DNA of 64,000 bases from Planctomycetota bacterium. GTDB lineage: Bacteria; Planctomycetota; UBA1135. Positions 1 to 9,362 of the stretch are shown piece after piece; within the stretch, counting starts at the first letter, position 1; every line of letters begins with the position of its first letter. A model generated the notes under the pieces. That model had not been told where the DNA came from. It saw only the letters and a program-made list of their open reading frames with translations, and ran no database searches. Where the stretch lies: contig PAHY01000054.1 in assembly GCA_002705055.1 (NCBI GenBank), positions 150-64,149 of the forward strand, written 5' to 3'. The translations under genes and the position numbers were made by a program.

Positions 1-315
1 GTGAATCGACGAGTCCAAGGCAGCTTCCAGTTCGGCTTCGGGGGCCTCCAGCTCCTCGGCCAGCGCCGTGGTCTGCCTCAGGCGCTGACGGCGCAGCCGG
101 TCCAGCGCGCGTCGGCGCGCCGCGGTGGTCAGCCAGGCGCCGGGCCGTGCCGGGATGCCCTCCTCGGGCCAATGCCGCAGCGCGGCCTCGAGGGCATCCT
201 GCAGCGCCTCTTCCGCGGCGGCCCAGTCGCCCAGAAGGCGAATGAGTCCGGGCAGGATGCGCCCGGACTCTTCGCGCCAAGCCCGCGCCGCGGCGGCGTG
301 GGCGGCTTCGCTCAC
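1..315 (-). CDS. ECF-type sigma-70 family factor, N-terminal part only (gene runs off the left edge)
   Basis: Not in the ORF track. My reverse-strand translation from GTG at 313-315 reads VSEAAHAAAARAWREESGRILPGLIRLLGDWAAAEEALQDALEAALRHWPEEGIPARPGAWLTTAARRRALDRLRRQ. This looks like the region-2 pattern of the ECF sigma factors usually encoded beside YciI genes. GTGA overlap with the stop of the upstream ORF (312-314). Confidence 0.6.
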   Translation of the reverse strand, partial: MSEAAHAAAARAWREESGRILPGLIRLLGDWAAAEEALQDALEAALRHWPEEGIPARPGAWLTTAARRRALDRLRRQRLRQTTALAEELEAPEAELEAALDSSIH

Positions 316-908
316 TTGGCCTGGGGGGCGACTCGCATCAGATCGAAGGCGGCGGTGTAGCTGACCTCGCCGTCGACCGTCTGCAGCCACTTGCCCTCGA
401 TGCGATTCTTGCCGAGGAAGCGGGTCTGCCCTTCGTGCATATGCGCTTCGCCGTGACGCGCGAGGTTGTGGGCACCCTGGCAACGCCAGATCAGACCCTG
501 CTCGCTCCGCTCGGCGCGGTAGGTGGGGGCGTTGCCCAGGACGCAGTAGTGCGTCAGCAGCAGATCGCCGCCGTCCATGTGGTAGATCGAGATCATCTCG
601 TGCTCGGTGCCGGGGAACAGCGTCTCGATGACCGCGTGGCCGCCGGCGGTTTCCCGGTACTGCGAGACCAGCGTGCCGGAGGGCTTGCCGCCTTCGCCGA
701 CTTCGTACCAGTCGCCGACGAGCTGCTTGATCTGATCCAGCTGCGGGGCAGCCGTGCTCGGCAGGCTGGCAAGGCTGACGGCGCTGCTCGCTTGGGCTGC
801 TTCGGTCGCGCAGCAGGCGCGCGCTCCGGCGGCCGGCTCCTGGTCGAGCATGAGCGGGAGCCCGGCCAGCGTGCCACAGGCGATGAGGCGGGTGGTGAAT
901 CGGATCAT
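312..908 (-). CDS. exported protein of unknown function (possibly lipocalin/DUF1579-like)
   Basis: 198-aa ORF with a hydrophobic N-terminus (MIRFTTRLIACGTLAGLPLML). ATGA overlap with YciI upstream and GTGA overlap with the sigma gene downstream. No catalytic motif recognised. Confidence 0.55.
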   Translation of the reverse strand: MIRFTTRLIACGTLAGLPLMLDQEPAAGARACCATEAAQASSAVSLASLPSTAAPQLDQIKQLVGDWYEVGEGGKPSGTLVSQYRETAGGHAVIETLFPGTEHEMISIYHMDGGDLLLTHYCVLGNAPTYRAERSEQGLIWRCQGAHNLARHGEAHMHEGQTRFLGKNRIEGKWLQTVDGEVSYTAAFDLMRVAPQAK

Positions 909-1270
909 GCCTGAGCCTCCGCGTCGTCCAGCCAGAGCGGCCGCACTTCAATGCTGCCGTAGCTCGCGGTCGGGACCTTGCGCGCCCAGCCGAGGGCCTC
1001 GTCGAGATCGCTCGCTTCGACGAGGTAGTAGCCGCCGAGCTGTTCCTTGGTCTCGGCGAAAGGGCCATCGGTCGTGGCCGCCTGGCCCTCGCGAATGCGC
1101 ACGGTGGTCGCCGTGGGCGTCGGGCACAGGCGATTGGCGCCGAGCAGCTTGCCGGAGGCTGCGATTTCTTCGTGGAAGGCGCCGTATTGGGCCATGAGCT
1201 CACCCATTTCGGCCTCGTTCATCCGGCCGTAGGTGCTCTCATCGGAGTAGATCAGGATCATGTACTGCAT
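905..1270 (-). CDS. YciI family protein
   Basis: 121 aa. MQYMILIY...DGPFAETKEQLGGYYLVEASDLDEALGWARKVP is the classic YciI/DGPF pattern. First gene of a three-gene coupled unit. Confidence 0.85.
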   Translation of the reverse strand: MQYMILIYSDESTYGRMNEAEMGELMAQYGAFHEEIAASGKLLGANRLCPTPTATTVRIREGQAATTDGPFAETKEQLGGYYLVEASDLDEALGWARKVPTASYGSIEVRPLWLDDAEAQA

Positions 1271-1355
1271 GGTTCAGGGGTAGGGTTGAGAGTGGCGCAG
1301 CGGGGCGCTCTACCCGGACGACGCAGCAGGGACGCCCGGATCGACAGCGAATCGG

Positions 1356-1388
1356 AAAAAAAATCAGCGCGCGCTCGGCAGCTCGCGC
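1356..1388 (-). terminator. candidate intrinsic terminator of the DUF1080 gene
   Basis: The minus strand reads GCGCGAGCT-GCCG-AGCGCGCGC TGA TTTTTTTT. That is a GC stem (8 bp, one A.G mismatch) with a tetraloop, then the stop codon, then a U8 tract. Confidence 0.5.
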
Positions 1389-2728
1389 ATGTGGATCTCC
1401 TTGAAGGCCACCGGGTCGTTGTGGCCGGCAAAGCCGAAGTGGCCGCGGGTCCGGGTGCGCCCCGGATGCTCACGCCCCGAAGGCGGCGACTCGATCTCGG
1501 CGAGGTCCTGGTCCAGGATCACCGTTCCGTTCAGCTCGACCGTGATCCGCGAGCCCTGCACCCGGACATGCTGGAAGTTCCAGGCGCCGACGGGGCGCAG
1601 GAAGCCACGGTGCGCGGCCTTCTGGCCATAGACCGAACCATGGAACTGCCAATCCTTCAGGTTGGCGTACTTCGGGTGGGTGTTGTCGAGCACCTGCAGC
1701 TCGCACATGGCCCCGTAGGCCGCGTCCCCAGAGCCGGGATAGCGGATGGCCAGGCCGTTGTTGCCCCCCGGGGGCAGCCGAAACTCAAAGCGCAGATCGA
1801 AGTCACCGTATTCGGCCTCGGTGTAGATCGTGCCGCCGGCGCCGGCCTTGCAGCGGATCGTGCCCGCCTCGACCACGTAGTTGTCGGTCGGGCCGGCCCA
1901 GCCGCTGAAGTCGAGGCCGTTGAAGACTGGCTGGAAGCCCTCGGCATCCTGCGAGCTGAGCAGCCAGTTGGCCTCGTCGGCGGTCACGCGGCGCACGAAC
2001 AGATTGCGGAAGCGGATCTCGCCGCCGTGCGTCTGAAGCTGGATCGGTCCGCTGCGGAACATCGGCGCCGAGCGGTCGAAGTAGTTCTCCATCGGGGTCC
2101 AGTCGACGGTCTGCTTGTCATTGAGCCAGACGCTGACCCGTGCGCCGACCATGAGGATCCGCAGCTGATTCCATTCGCCGAAGGGCTTGTCCGCCAGCAC
2201 CAGCGGATCCTTGGCATGCTTCTGGTTGTTGAACAGTCCGCCGGAGCCCTTGTCCGCGCCGATGTTCCATTTGCCACCGGCTTCGGTGGTATCCCAGATC
2301 TGCACCTGCGGGTTATTGCGCAGGTAGATCCCGCTGTCGGCCTTGGCGACCGTCTTGTACTCAAGCAGCAGCTCGAAGTCTTCGAACTCCTCGAGGGTTG
2401 TGAGATACGCGCCTTGGCCATCGTTGACGATCTCGCCGTTGTCGACGGACCAGTGCTCGGCGACCTGCGCGTCCCAGGCGGCCTGCTGGGTCTGGCGGGT
2501 CGCTTCGTCCCAGCCGGCTTCGGTGCGCGGGTCAAGGTGGGGACGGCCGCGCCAGCCGGTCAGATCCCGACCGTTGAACAGCGTGGTGTAGCCGGCGGGC
2601 GGCGCGACGCCGATGGCGTCCTGCTGGTTCGTCTGCGAAGGAGCCGGAGCTTCCTGCGCAAACGAAGACGCGGCCGGGATCATTCCGATCCCGGCCGCGA
2701 GGAGGAGACGTGCAGCGAGGGGGGACAT
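1364..2728 (-). CDS. secreted protein with two DUF1080 (3-keto-disaccharide hydrolase-like) domains
   Basis: 454 aa with a signal peptide (MSPLAARLLLAAGIGMIPAASSFAQE). The pattern LFNG.DL.GW...W.V.(D/N)G.I...DF.L..E(Y/F) occurs twice. Confidence 0.85.
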   Translation of the reverse strand: MSPLAARLLLAAGIGMIPAASSFAQEAPAPSQTNQQDAIGVAPPAGYTTLFNGRDLTGWRGRPHLDPRTEAGWDEATRQTQQAAWDAQVAEHWSVDNGEIVNDGQGAYLTTLEEFEDFELLLEYKTVAKADSGIYLRNNPQVQIWDTTEAGGKWNIGADKGSGGLFNNQKHAKDPLVLADKPFGEWNQLRILMVGARVSVWLNDKQTVDWTPMENYFDRSAPMFRSGPIQLQTHGGEIRFRNLFVRRVTADEANWLLSSQDAEGFQPVFNGLDFSGWAGPTDNYVVEAGTIRCKAGAGGTIYTEAEYGDFDLRFEFRLPPGGNNGLAIRYPGSGDAAYGAMCELQVLDNTHPKYANLKDWQFHGSVYGQKAAHRGFLRPVGAWNFQHVRVQGSRITVELNGTVILDQDLAEIESPPSGREHPGRTRTRGHFGFAGHNDPVAFKEIHMRELPSAR

Positions 2729-2755
2729 CCCCCCGAGCTTAGCGGGCGAGCCGCA

Positions 2756-4306
2756 TCAGCGGGAGGCACGCGGGTCGATGAAGGCGTGGCGCTCGGGGAT
2801 GAGCGCGCCGCCCTGCAGGACGGCCTCGAACAGATCGACCACATGCACCGCGTCGACGCGGTTGATCTTCCAGGCGACGTCGCCCGGGGTGTGGTAGTCG
2901 GCGTGCAGCGGATCGATGATCGCGAACAGCGAGGGGACCCCTTTGCCAATGAACGGAATGTGATCACTGCCCAGGTTGAGGCGGTCGTGTGCATTCAGTT
3001 CAAGCGGCGAAGCGGCGTCCAGCTCGGTCAGCCATTCCTTCAGGCCTTCGCCGGTCTGGCTGCCCAGGATCTGGACCTTCTTGTTCGAGACCCGTCCGAT
3101 CATGTCGAAGTTGATCATCAGCGTGTGGTCCTCGATCGGACGCACCGGGTAATCCACGTAGTGGCGGGCGCCGTCCAGGCCGGCTTCTTCGGCGTTGAAG
3201 CCGAGGAACAGGATCGAACGCGCCTCGGTGCCTTCCGGCAGGCTGTTCATCCACGGGACCAGACGCTCGGCCAGCATGATGATGGCGGCGGTGCCCGAGG
3301 CGTTGTCATCCGCACCCGGGTGCAGCTGACCGCGGAAACCACGCGAGCCATACACGCCCATGCCCAGGTGGTCGATGTGCGCGCCGATGACCACCAGCTC
3401 CTTGGCCAGTTCGCCACGACCCGGAAGCAGACCGCCGATGTTATCGGCGAAGCGCTCTTCCTGATCAATCTCGGCCGAAAGCGAAGCTTCGATGCCAAGC
3501 GGGCGCACGAAGCCGCGCTCGTCGGCTTCCTGGCGCAGTTCCAGCGCGGTCACGTCCGCCCCCGCCTTCTTCAGTAGCGCTTCGAAGGCCGTGGTCGTGA
3601 TCGCCGCCACCGGAATGTTGACGCGCTGGCGGTTCTGGCGGCCGGTCGGGATCTCGCCGGCGCGCGGATCATCGACGCCGGGAGGGTTGACCAGGATGAT
3701 GCCGACGGCGCCTTGCGCCTCGGCGGCCTGCAGCTTGGGCGTGAAGCCCGCGGCGCGGGTCCAGCGGCCGTTCTCGCCCCACATGGTGCGGCCGGCCTCG
3801 TCCATCGGCTCGAAGCGATAGACGATCGCGATCTTGCCGGCGAGATCCTGCTCTCCCGAGAAGCTCGAGTAGCCGTCCTGGCCTTCGACCACGCTGTAGC
3901 CCGCGAAGGCGAGCTCGGCGCGGACATCGCCCGAGGCGCCCGACATCGAGATGCCGAAGTCCTCACCGGCCGTGCCTTCCCAGCCTGCGGCGGTCAGCGA
4001 CTGCGCCACCAGGGTGCGCGCGCCGCCCAGCGACACGCTCTGACGGTAGCTCGAGCCGTTGTCGAACGCCGGTTCGAGACCGGCGGCCAGGAAGTGCTCC
4101 TCGACGTAACGCTCGGTGATGTGCATCCCCGGAGTTCCCGGCAGGCGGCCGGCGAGGAAGGCGTTCGAGAGGAAGGTGATGTGCTCGTCCATCTGCCGCA
4201 CGGCGTCGCCGTGGGCTTCGTAGAGAGCCGGAATCTGACCACCCGCGGCGGGCTCCTGCGGGAGCGCAAGCAGAGCGGGGGCGAGGATGAGAGTGGTGGT
4301 GAACAT
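2756..4306 (-). CDS. M28 family metallopeptidase with PA domain
   Basis: 516 aa with a signal peptide. Motifs: GAHIDHLG, HPGADDNASGTAAIIMLAE, GFNAEEAGLDGARHY, INFDMIG, GSDHIPF. ATGA overlap with the upstream paralog. Confidence 0.85.
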   Translation of the reverse strand: MFTTTLILAPALLALPQEPAAGGQIPALYEAHGDAVRQMDEHITFLSNAFLAGRLPGTPGMHITERYVEEHFLAAGLEPAFDNGSSYRQSVSLGGARTLVAQSLTAAGWEGTAGEDFGISMSGASGDVRAELAFAGYSVVEGQDGYSSFSGEQDLAGKIAIVYRFEPMDEAGRTMWGENGRWTRAAGFTPKLQAAEAQGAVGIILVNPPGVDDPRAGEIPTGRQNRQRVNIPVAAITTTAFEALLKKAGADVTALELRQEADERGFVRPLGIEASLSAEIDQEERFADNIGGLLPGRGELAKELVVIGAHIDHLGMGVYGSRGFRGQLHPGADDNASGTAAIIMLAERLVPWMNSLPEGTEARSILFLGFNAEEAGLDGARHYVDYPVRPIEDHTLMINFDMIGRVSNKKVQILGSQTGEGLKEWLTELDAASPLELNAHDRLNLGSDHIPFIGKGVPSLFAIIDPLHADYHTPGDVAWKINRVDAVHVVDLFEAVLQGGALIPERHAFIDPRASR

Positions 4307-6177
4307 CAGCGACCCTCCTGGTTGCGGGCTTGCAGAGTGACTTCGAGCGTGATCTCTTCGCCGTTGCGGACGATGCCGACCTTGACCTTGTCGCCCGGGT
4401 TGTGCTTGGCCATCATTTCCATCCAGCCGCGCACATCGACGATCTTCTGACCGTCCCAGCGCAGCAGGCGATCGCCTTCCTGGATGCCCGCGGTCGCGGC
4501 CGAGCCGCCCGGGGTCACGCCGCCGACCGGGATCCCCGGATCGGATTCGTCGTAGCTGCCCGGCATGACACCGAAGCGAACCTTGATGTCACCCAGCGAG
4601 CTGTTGCGCGAGCCGCCGGCCACATTGCCCGGCTGAGCTTCGACGAAGGACAGATCGCCCTGGTGCATCGCCGCCGTCAGCGCGATGTCGTGGAACAGGA
4701 ACACGGTGCGGGTGCCGTCAACGCGGTTGATCTTCGCGGCGACGTCGCGCGGCGTGTGGTAATCGTCGTGGAAGTCGGCGATGGCGCCGAACAGGTACGG
4801 GATCTTGCGCTGGAAGAAGGGCAGGTGGTCCGAGCCACCGCCACGTCCCTGCGGGATGACCACTTCGAGCTCGCTGTTGGCAGAGACCGCCTCGACGATC
4901 GCGGCGAGATCCACGCCCGTGTTGGTGCCCGAGATCTGCACGCGGCGGTTCTGGATCCGGCCGATCATGTCAAAGTTGATCATCAGGGCCAGGTTCTCCA
5001 GCGGATACGGCGGGTTGTTGACGTAGTAGCGGGATCCGTTCAGGCCCGACTCTTCGCCGCTGAACAGCAGGAACAGAATCGAGCGCGCTTCGGCGCCTTC
5101 GGGCATCGCCTCGTAGCTCTGCTTCAGCTTGTCGGCGAGCATCAGGATCGCCGCCGAGCCGGAAGCGTTGTCATCCGCGCCCGGGTGCAGCTCGCCCGGG
5201 CCGCTGCGCGAGCCGAAGTTGCCCATCCCGAGGTGGTCGAGGTGAGCGCCGATGATGATCAGCTCATCGGCCAGCGCGCCCTTGCCGCGCAGCATGCCGC
5301 CGACGTTCTCGGCGACGAGCGGGGTGCGGGTCAGATCGACGTCGACCGAAGTGGCGACATCGGTGATGACCGGATCACCGCCCTGGTCGAAGTGACGACG
5401 CAGCGCCAGCAGATCCATACCGCCCATCAGCTTGCTGGCGGCCTGGTAGCTCATGTGCACCACGGGGGCGTCGGTGAGCTTGCGGCCGCTGCCTTCGCCC
5501 GAGAGCTGCTCAATCCGCGGGTCATCAGCACCCGGAGGGTTGACCAGCACGATCGCGGCGGGGTTGCGATTGGCCACGGCCTGCACCTTGCCGCCGAAGC
5601 CCGCTTGCGGCGACCAGCGCCCTTCACTCCACTGGCTCTTGCCGGCCTCGGTCATCGGCTCGAAGCGGAACACGAAGGCGATCTTGCCGCTGAGGTCGGT
5701 CCCGGCCGGGAAGCTGGTGTAGCCCTCGGGGCCTTCTTCAATGCCGTAGCCGACCCACACCGCAGGCCCTTCGACCTGGCCGGCGCCGCCGTAGCCCAGC
5801 ACGCTGAAGTCCTCGCCGTTGAGCGCGCTGCCTTCAGCGGTGCCCACCGCGGCCGCGTGGATCTCAAGCGTGTCGCCGAGCGGGAAGGGCTGACGCCAGC
5901 TCGCGGTGCCGGCTTCATCGACGAAGCCCGGCGCCACGCCGGCTTGTTCCAGCCAGTACTGGCAGTAGTCCTTGGCGAGTTCCATCCCGTCGGTGCCCGG
6001 GAGGCGACCATCCAGGAAGGGGCTGGACAGGTAGACCACGTGATCGTGGTAGACCTGGACATCGGTGCCGAGTTCGCCGAGGGCGCGTGCGAGCGGCGCC
6101 TCGTCGGCTTGTTGCGCGCCGGCGAGCGGGGCCGCGAGCAGCGCAAGAGGAAGCGTGAGTCGTTTTGTCAGCGACAT
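4306..6177 (-). CDS. M28 family metallopeptidase with PA domain and C-terminal PDZ domain
   Basis: Start moved to the internal ATG (6175-6177), which gives the signal peptide MSLTKRLTLPLALLAAPLAGAQQ. M28 motifs: GAHLDHLG, HPGADDNASGSAAILMLAD, SGEESGLNGSRYY, GGSDHLPF. PDZ-like tail: GVTPGGSAATAGIQEGDRLLRWDGQKI...GDKVKVGIVRNGEEITLEVTL. Confidence 0.85.
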   Translation of the reverse strand: MSLTKRLTLPLALLAAPLAGAQQADEAPLARALGELGTDVQVYHDHVVYLSSPFLDGRLPGTDGMELAKDYCQYWLEQAGVAPGFVDEAGTASWRQPFPLGDTLEIHAAAVGTAEGSALNGEDFSVLGYGGAGQVEGPAVWVGYGIEEGPEGYTSFPAGTDLSGKIAFVFRFEPMTEAGKSQWSEGRWSPQAGFGGKVQAVANRNPAAIVLVNPPGADDPRIEQLSGEGSGRKLTDAPVVHMSYQAASKLMGGMDLLALRRHFDQGGDPVITDVATSVDVDLTRTPLVAENVGGMLRGKGALADELIIIGAHLDHLGMGNFGSRSGPGELHPGADDNASGSAAILMLADKLKQSYEAMPEGAEARSILFLLFSGEESGLNGSRYYVNNPPYPLENLALMINFDMIGRIQNRRVQISGTNTGVDLAAIVEAVSANSELEVVIPQGRGGGSDHLPFFQRKIPYLFGAIADFHDDYHTPRDVAAKINRVDGTRTVFLFHDIALTAAMHQGDLSFVEAQPGNVAGGSRNSSLGDIKVRFGVMPGSYDESDPGIPVGGVTPGGSAATAGIQEGDRLLRWDGQKIVDVRGWMEMMAKHNPGDKVKVGIVRNGEEITLEVTLQARNQEGR

Positions 6178-6211
6178 GGTGGGGAAGCCCTCGACCGTCC
6201 GAGGGTGGTCG

Positions 6212-7513
6212 ATGAGTATACTCCGGGCGCGGCCGCAGGCCGTTTGCCGGATGTTGCTGCCCCTCCTGCTTTCGCTGGCCCTCGGGGCCCTGCCAGGCTC
6301 CCACGGAGAGGGCGGGGAGCGCCTGCACCCCTCCGATGGCCCGGACGCCGACGTCCGCATCCAGGTCGAGCCGGATCGGGTCCGATTCTTCGTCATGCTC
6401 AACCTGGCCTTCGTCGACGAGGTGGTCGATGTGCCCCGCGAGGTCGATGACGACCTGCACCCGGTGGAGGTGCCCTGGGTCCGTGAGGCGCTCCTGGAGC
6501 ACTTCCTGGAGGTCAATCAGGTCGAGCTCGATGGCACCGTGGTGGAAGCGGTCGACGCCGGCTTTGAGATGCTCGAGCCGGATCTCACGCTCCTGCCCTT
6601 GTTTCCGCGCATGGGCAAGAAGGCGCTGGTCAAGGTCCAGATGGTGCTGGATTACCCGGCTGCCGAGGCCCCCAAGCGCGTCCGCATGGTCTGGGGCACC
6701 TACCCGCCGGATCTGGCGGTGGGCGGCCCGGGCTTCATGCCGACTGTGACGATCCGCGCCCAGCTGTTCTCCGGCGGCATCGTGACTCCGGTCGAGTTCA
6801 CCGAAGACGAGCCCGAGTTCACCTGGCACGCGACCGGGAAGACGGCGACCGATCTGATGCTTCCGGTGCCGCAGGCGGTCGCTCCCGAGCCGATCCAGTA
6901 CCCGCTGGTTTCCTCGATCATCGCACTGGCTGGAATGATCGTGCTGTTCCGCCGCCGCTTCGACGGCATGGCCTGGATCAGCGCGCTGGGGGCGATCGGG
7001 GTGGCGGCGCTGCTGCTGCCCTACGGCCGCGTGGCGTTGCCTTTCGCCACCCAGGTCGAGCTGCCCGCCGAGGCGGAGGCGCGCGACATCTTCCTGCCAT
7101 TGCACGCCAACGTCTATCGCGCCTTCGACTACACGGCCGAGAGCGATATCTATGACGCTCTGGCGCGCTCGGTGGATGGCAGCATGCTCGATGAACTCTA
7201 CGAGCAGGTGTATCGCGGCCTGATCCAACAGGAACAGGGCGGCGCGGTCAGCCGGGTTCAGGAGGTTCGGCCTCTCGACCTCGAGGTCGTGGCGATCGGC
7301 GAGCTGCCGGACGACGGGCGGCTCGGTTTCTTGGTGGATGCCCGCTGGCAGGTCGACGGGCGCGTCACCCACTGGGGGCACAGCCATGACCGCACCAACG
7401 AGTACCGGGCGCGCTACGCGGTGGTGCAGACGGATGCGGGCTGGCGCATCGGCGGCAGCCAGATCCTGGAGTCGCTGACGGTTTCCGCGACTCCGGAGGG
7501 TGCCGGGGGATGA
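6212..7513 (+). CDS. membrane protein of unknown function: signal peptide, two extracytoplasmic domains, two central TM helices
   Basis: The start is uncertain (ATG at 6212 or 6251; 6176 would overlap the divergent gene). TM segments are YPLVSSIIALAGMIVLF and MAWISALGAIGVAALLL. The C-terminal domain carries HWGHSHD (7370-7390). ATGA overlap with the ABC ATPase gene. Confidence 0.6.
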   Translation: MSILRARPQAVCRMLLPLLLSLALGALPGSHGEGGERLHPSDGPDADVRIQVEPDRVRFFVMLNLAFVDEVVDVPREVDDDLHPVEVPWVREALLEHFLEVNQVELDGTVVEAVDAGFEMLEPDLTLLPLFPRMGKKALVKVQMVLDYPAAEAPKRVRMVWGTYPPDLAVGGPGFMPTVTIRAQLFSGGIVTPVEFTEDEPEFTWHATGKTATDLMLPVPQAVAPEPIQYPLVSSIIALAGMIVLFRRRFDGMAWISALGAIGVAALLLPYGRVALPFATQVELPAEAEARDIFLPLHANVYRAFDYTAESDIYDALARSVDGSMLDELYEQVYRGLIQQEQGGAVSRVQEVRPLDLEVVAIGELPDDGRLGFLVDARWQVDGRVTHWGHSHDRTNEYRARYAVVQTDAGWRIGGSQILESLTVSATPEGAGG

Positions 7514-8187
7514 GCGCCGCGCCGCTGCGGCTGGAGGGTCTGCGCTTCTCGCACGGCGACGGCTTTCAGCTGGCGCTGGACCAGCTCGAGGTCGCCCCGC
7601 GCGAACGCATCGCGCTGATCGGGCCCAGCGGCTGCGGCAAGACCACGCTGCTGCACCTGATCGCCGGGATTCTGGTTCCGGAAGCGGGTCAGATCGAAGT
7701 CCTGGGGCAGCGCATCGACGGACTGAGCGACGCCGCGCGGCGCGCCTTTCGGGTCCGCCACATCGGCCTGGTCTTTCAGGAGTTCGAGCTGCTCGATTAC
7801 CTGACCGCCGCCGAGAACCTCGCCCTGCCGTTTCGGCTGCATCCGGATCCGCTGCCGCGCGCCGAGGCCGAAGCCCGGGTGCAGCAGCTGGCCGAGCGGC
7901 TGGGGCTGCAGGATTTGCTGCAGCGACGACCGGCCCGGCTCTCCCAGGGCGAGCGGCAGCGGGTGGCGCTGGGCCGCGCGCTGGTGACTTCGCCCGGGCT
8001 GGTGCTCGGCGATGAACCCACCGGCAACCTCGACCCGGACAACGCCCGGCGCTCGCTCGATCTGCTGCACGAACAGGCGGCCGCCGAAGACGCGGCGGTG
8101 CTGGTCGTGACCCATGACCACAGCCTGCTGGACCGCTTCGATCGCGTCATCACGCTGGCCGAACTGCGCCCGGAGGTCTCGGCGTGA
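7510..8187 (+). CDS. ABC transporter ATP-binding protein (MacB/LolD-like)
   Basis: Walker A GPSGCGKTT, signature LSQGERQRVALGRAL, Walker B LVLGDEPTGNLD. Confidence 0.9.
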   Translation: MSAAPLRLEGLRFSHGDGFQLALDQLEVAPRERIALIGPSGCGKTTLLHLIAGILVPEAGQIEVLGQRIDGLSDAARRAFRVRHIGLVFQEFELLDYLTAAENLALPFRLHPDPLPRAEAEARVQQLAERLGLQDLLQRRPARLSQGERQRVALGRALVTSPGLVLGDEPTGNLDPDNARRSLDLLHEQAAAEDAAVLVVTHDHSLLDRFDRVITLAELRPEVSA

Positions 8188-9353
8188 GAGGGGCCTGGGG
8201 ATTGGCCTGGCTGCGGCTGCAGCGCCACCCGGTTCCCAGCGCCATCCTGGTGCTGTGCCTGGGCTTGACGATTGCCCTGCCCTGGGCCGGGCGTGCGCTG
8301 GTCGCTGATTATCGCACCCAGCTGCTGGCGCGCGCGGAGGCGACCCCGCTGGTGCTCGGCGAACGGGGCGATCGCTTCGACGTCGTGCTCGCGGCGCTCT
8401 ACTTCCGCACCGGGCGCGCGGGCTTCGTGCCCTTCCCCGAGGCCGAGCGCCTCGCTGCCGAAGCCCCCGGGGTGGTGGTGCCGGTCTCGGCGCGCGCGAC
8501 CGCGCAGGGCGCGCCCTTGGTCGGGACCACGCCGGAGTACTTCGAGCAGCGCGGGCTGGTCGCCGCGACCGGCGATTTGCCGGTCTATGCCGGGGAGGTC
8601 GTCCTCGGGCATGCGCTGGCCGCGGAGTTGGGTCTGACGGTCGGAGACGCGCTGTTCAGCGACGTCCGCGAGCTCTACGACCTCGCCGTCCCGCCGGCGC
8701 TCAAGCTGCGCGTCTGCGGCGTCCTTGCCGCGTCCGGCACTGCCGACGACGGCGCGGCCTTCGTCGATCTGACCAGCTGCTGGGTGCTGGAGGGTTTCGC
8801 GCACGGGCATGACGATCCGAGCGAGGTCGACCAGGCCTACGTGCTGGGCGGCGACGAGGACGGCGTCGTCGTGAGCGGAGCTCTGCTCAGCTACCAGGAG
8901 ATCACTCCCGAAAATCTGCCGAGCTTCCACGATCACGGCGACCCGGAGCGTCTGCCGCTAACGGCGCTGCTGTATTGGCCGGCCAGCGACAAGGACGCGA
9001 CCCTGGTGCGTACGCGGGTCAATCAGCGCGGCAGTTACCAGATGCTGCGCCCGGTCGAGGTGGTGGACGAGCTGCTCGCCTACGTGCTGCGCGTGCGACA
9101 GCTGATGGACGGACTCTCGCTGGTGCTCGGCGCGGTCACGATCGCGCTCGGCACCATGGTGTACGCGCTGTCTTCGCGTCTGCGCGCCGCCGAGTTCCGC
9201 ACCCTGCGCCGGATGGGCTGTCCGCGCGCCTTCGTCGCCCGGCTGGTGCTCGGCGAGATCCTCGCCGTCGTCCTGCTCGCGCTGGCCTTCGCAGCGCTCG
9301 CGACCTTCCTGGTGCGCACGGCCCTGGGCGATCTCACGGTGTGGCTGCAGTAG
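8184..9353 (+). CDS. FtsX-family ABC permease with a large His-rich extracytoplasmic domain
   Basis: GTG start overlapping the ATPase stop (GTGA). One N-terminal TM, a ~270-aa loop, then a C-terminal FtsX-type TM bundle (LSLVLGAVTIALGTMVYALSSRLRAAEFRTLRRMG...). His clusters are HGHDD (8802-8816) and FHDHGD (8925-8942). Confidence 0.8.
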   Translation: MRGAWGLAWLRLQRHPVPSAILVLCLGLTIALPWAGRALVADYRTQLLARAEATPLVLGERGDRFDVVLAALYFRTGRAGFVPFPEAERLAAEAPGVVVPVSARATAQGAPLVGTTPEYFEQRGLVAATGDLPVYAGEVVLGHALAAELGLTVGDALFSDVRELYDLAVPPALKLRVCGVLAASGTADDGAAFVDLTSCWVLEGFAHGHDDPSEVDQAYVLGGDEDGVVVSGALLSYQEITPENLPSFHDHGDPERLPLTALLYWPASDKDATLVRTRVNQRGSYQMLRPVEVVDELLAYVLRVRQLMDGLSLVLGAVTIALGTMVYALSSRLRAAEFRTLRRMGCPRAFVARLVLGEILAVVLLALAFAALATFLVRTALGDLTVWLQ

Positions 9354-9362
9354 GCTAGGGCC

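Noticed and set aside
1172-3577. 801-aa plus-strand ORF
   Set aside because: It is antisense to two minus-strand genes with clear DUF1080 and M28 motifs. Its translation is Arg/Ala/Gly/Val-rich with no motif. This is a typical high-GC shadow ORF.
6178-6516. N-terminal extension of the M28-PDZ ORF (also 13817-13873, 14401-14979, 26160-26903, 52883-53452)
   Set aside because: The extensions are Arg/Ser/Pro-rich and precede obvious signal peptides or conserved N-termini. They also overlap divergent or upstream genes. Internal starts give canonical protein N-termini.
4330-7387. Plus-strand 706-aa (4330-6450) and minus-strand 490-aa (5915-7387) ORFs
   Set aside because: They are shadows of the M28-PDZ gene and of the 6212-7513 gene. 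They have no motifs and start inside real genes.
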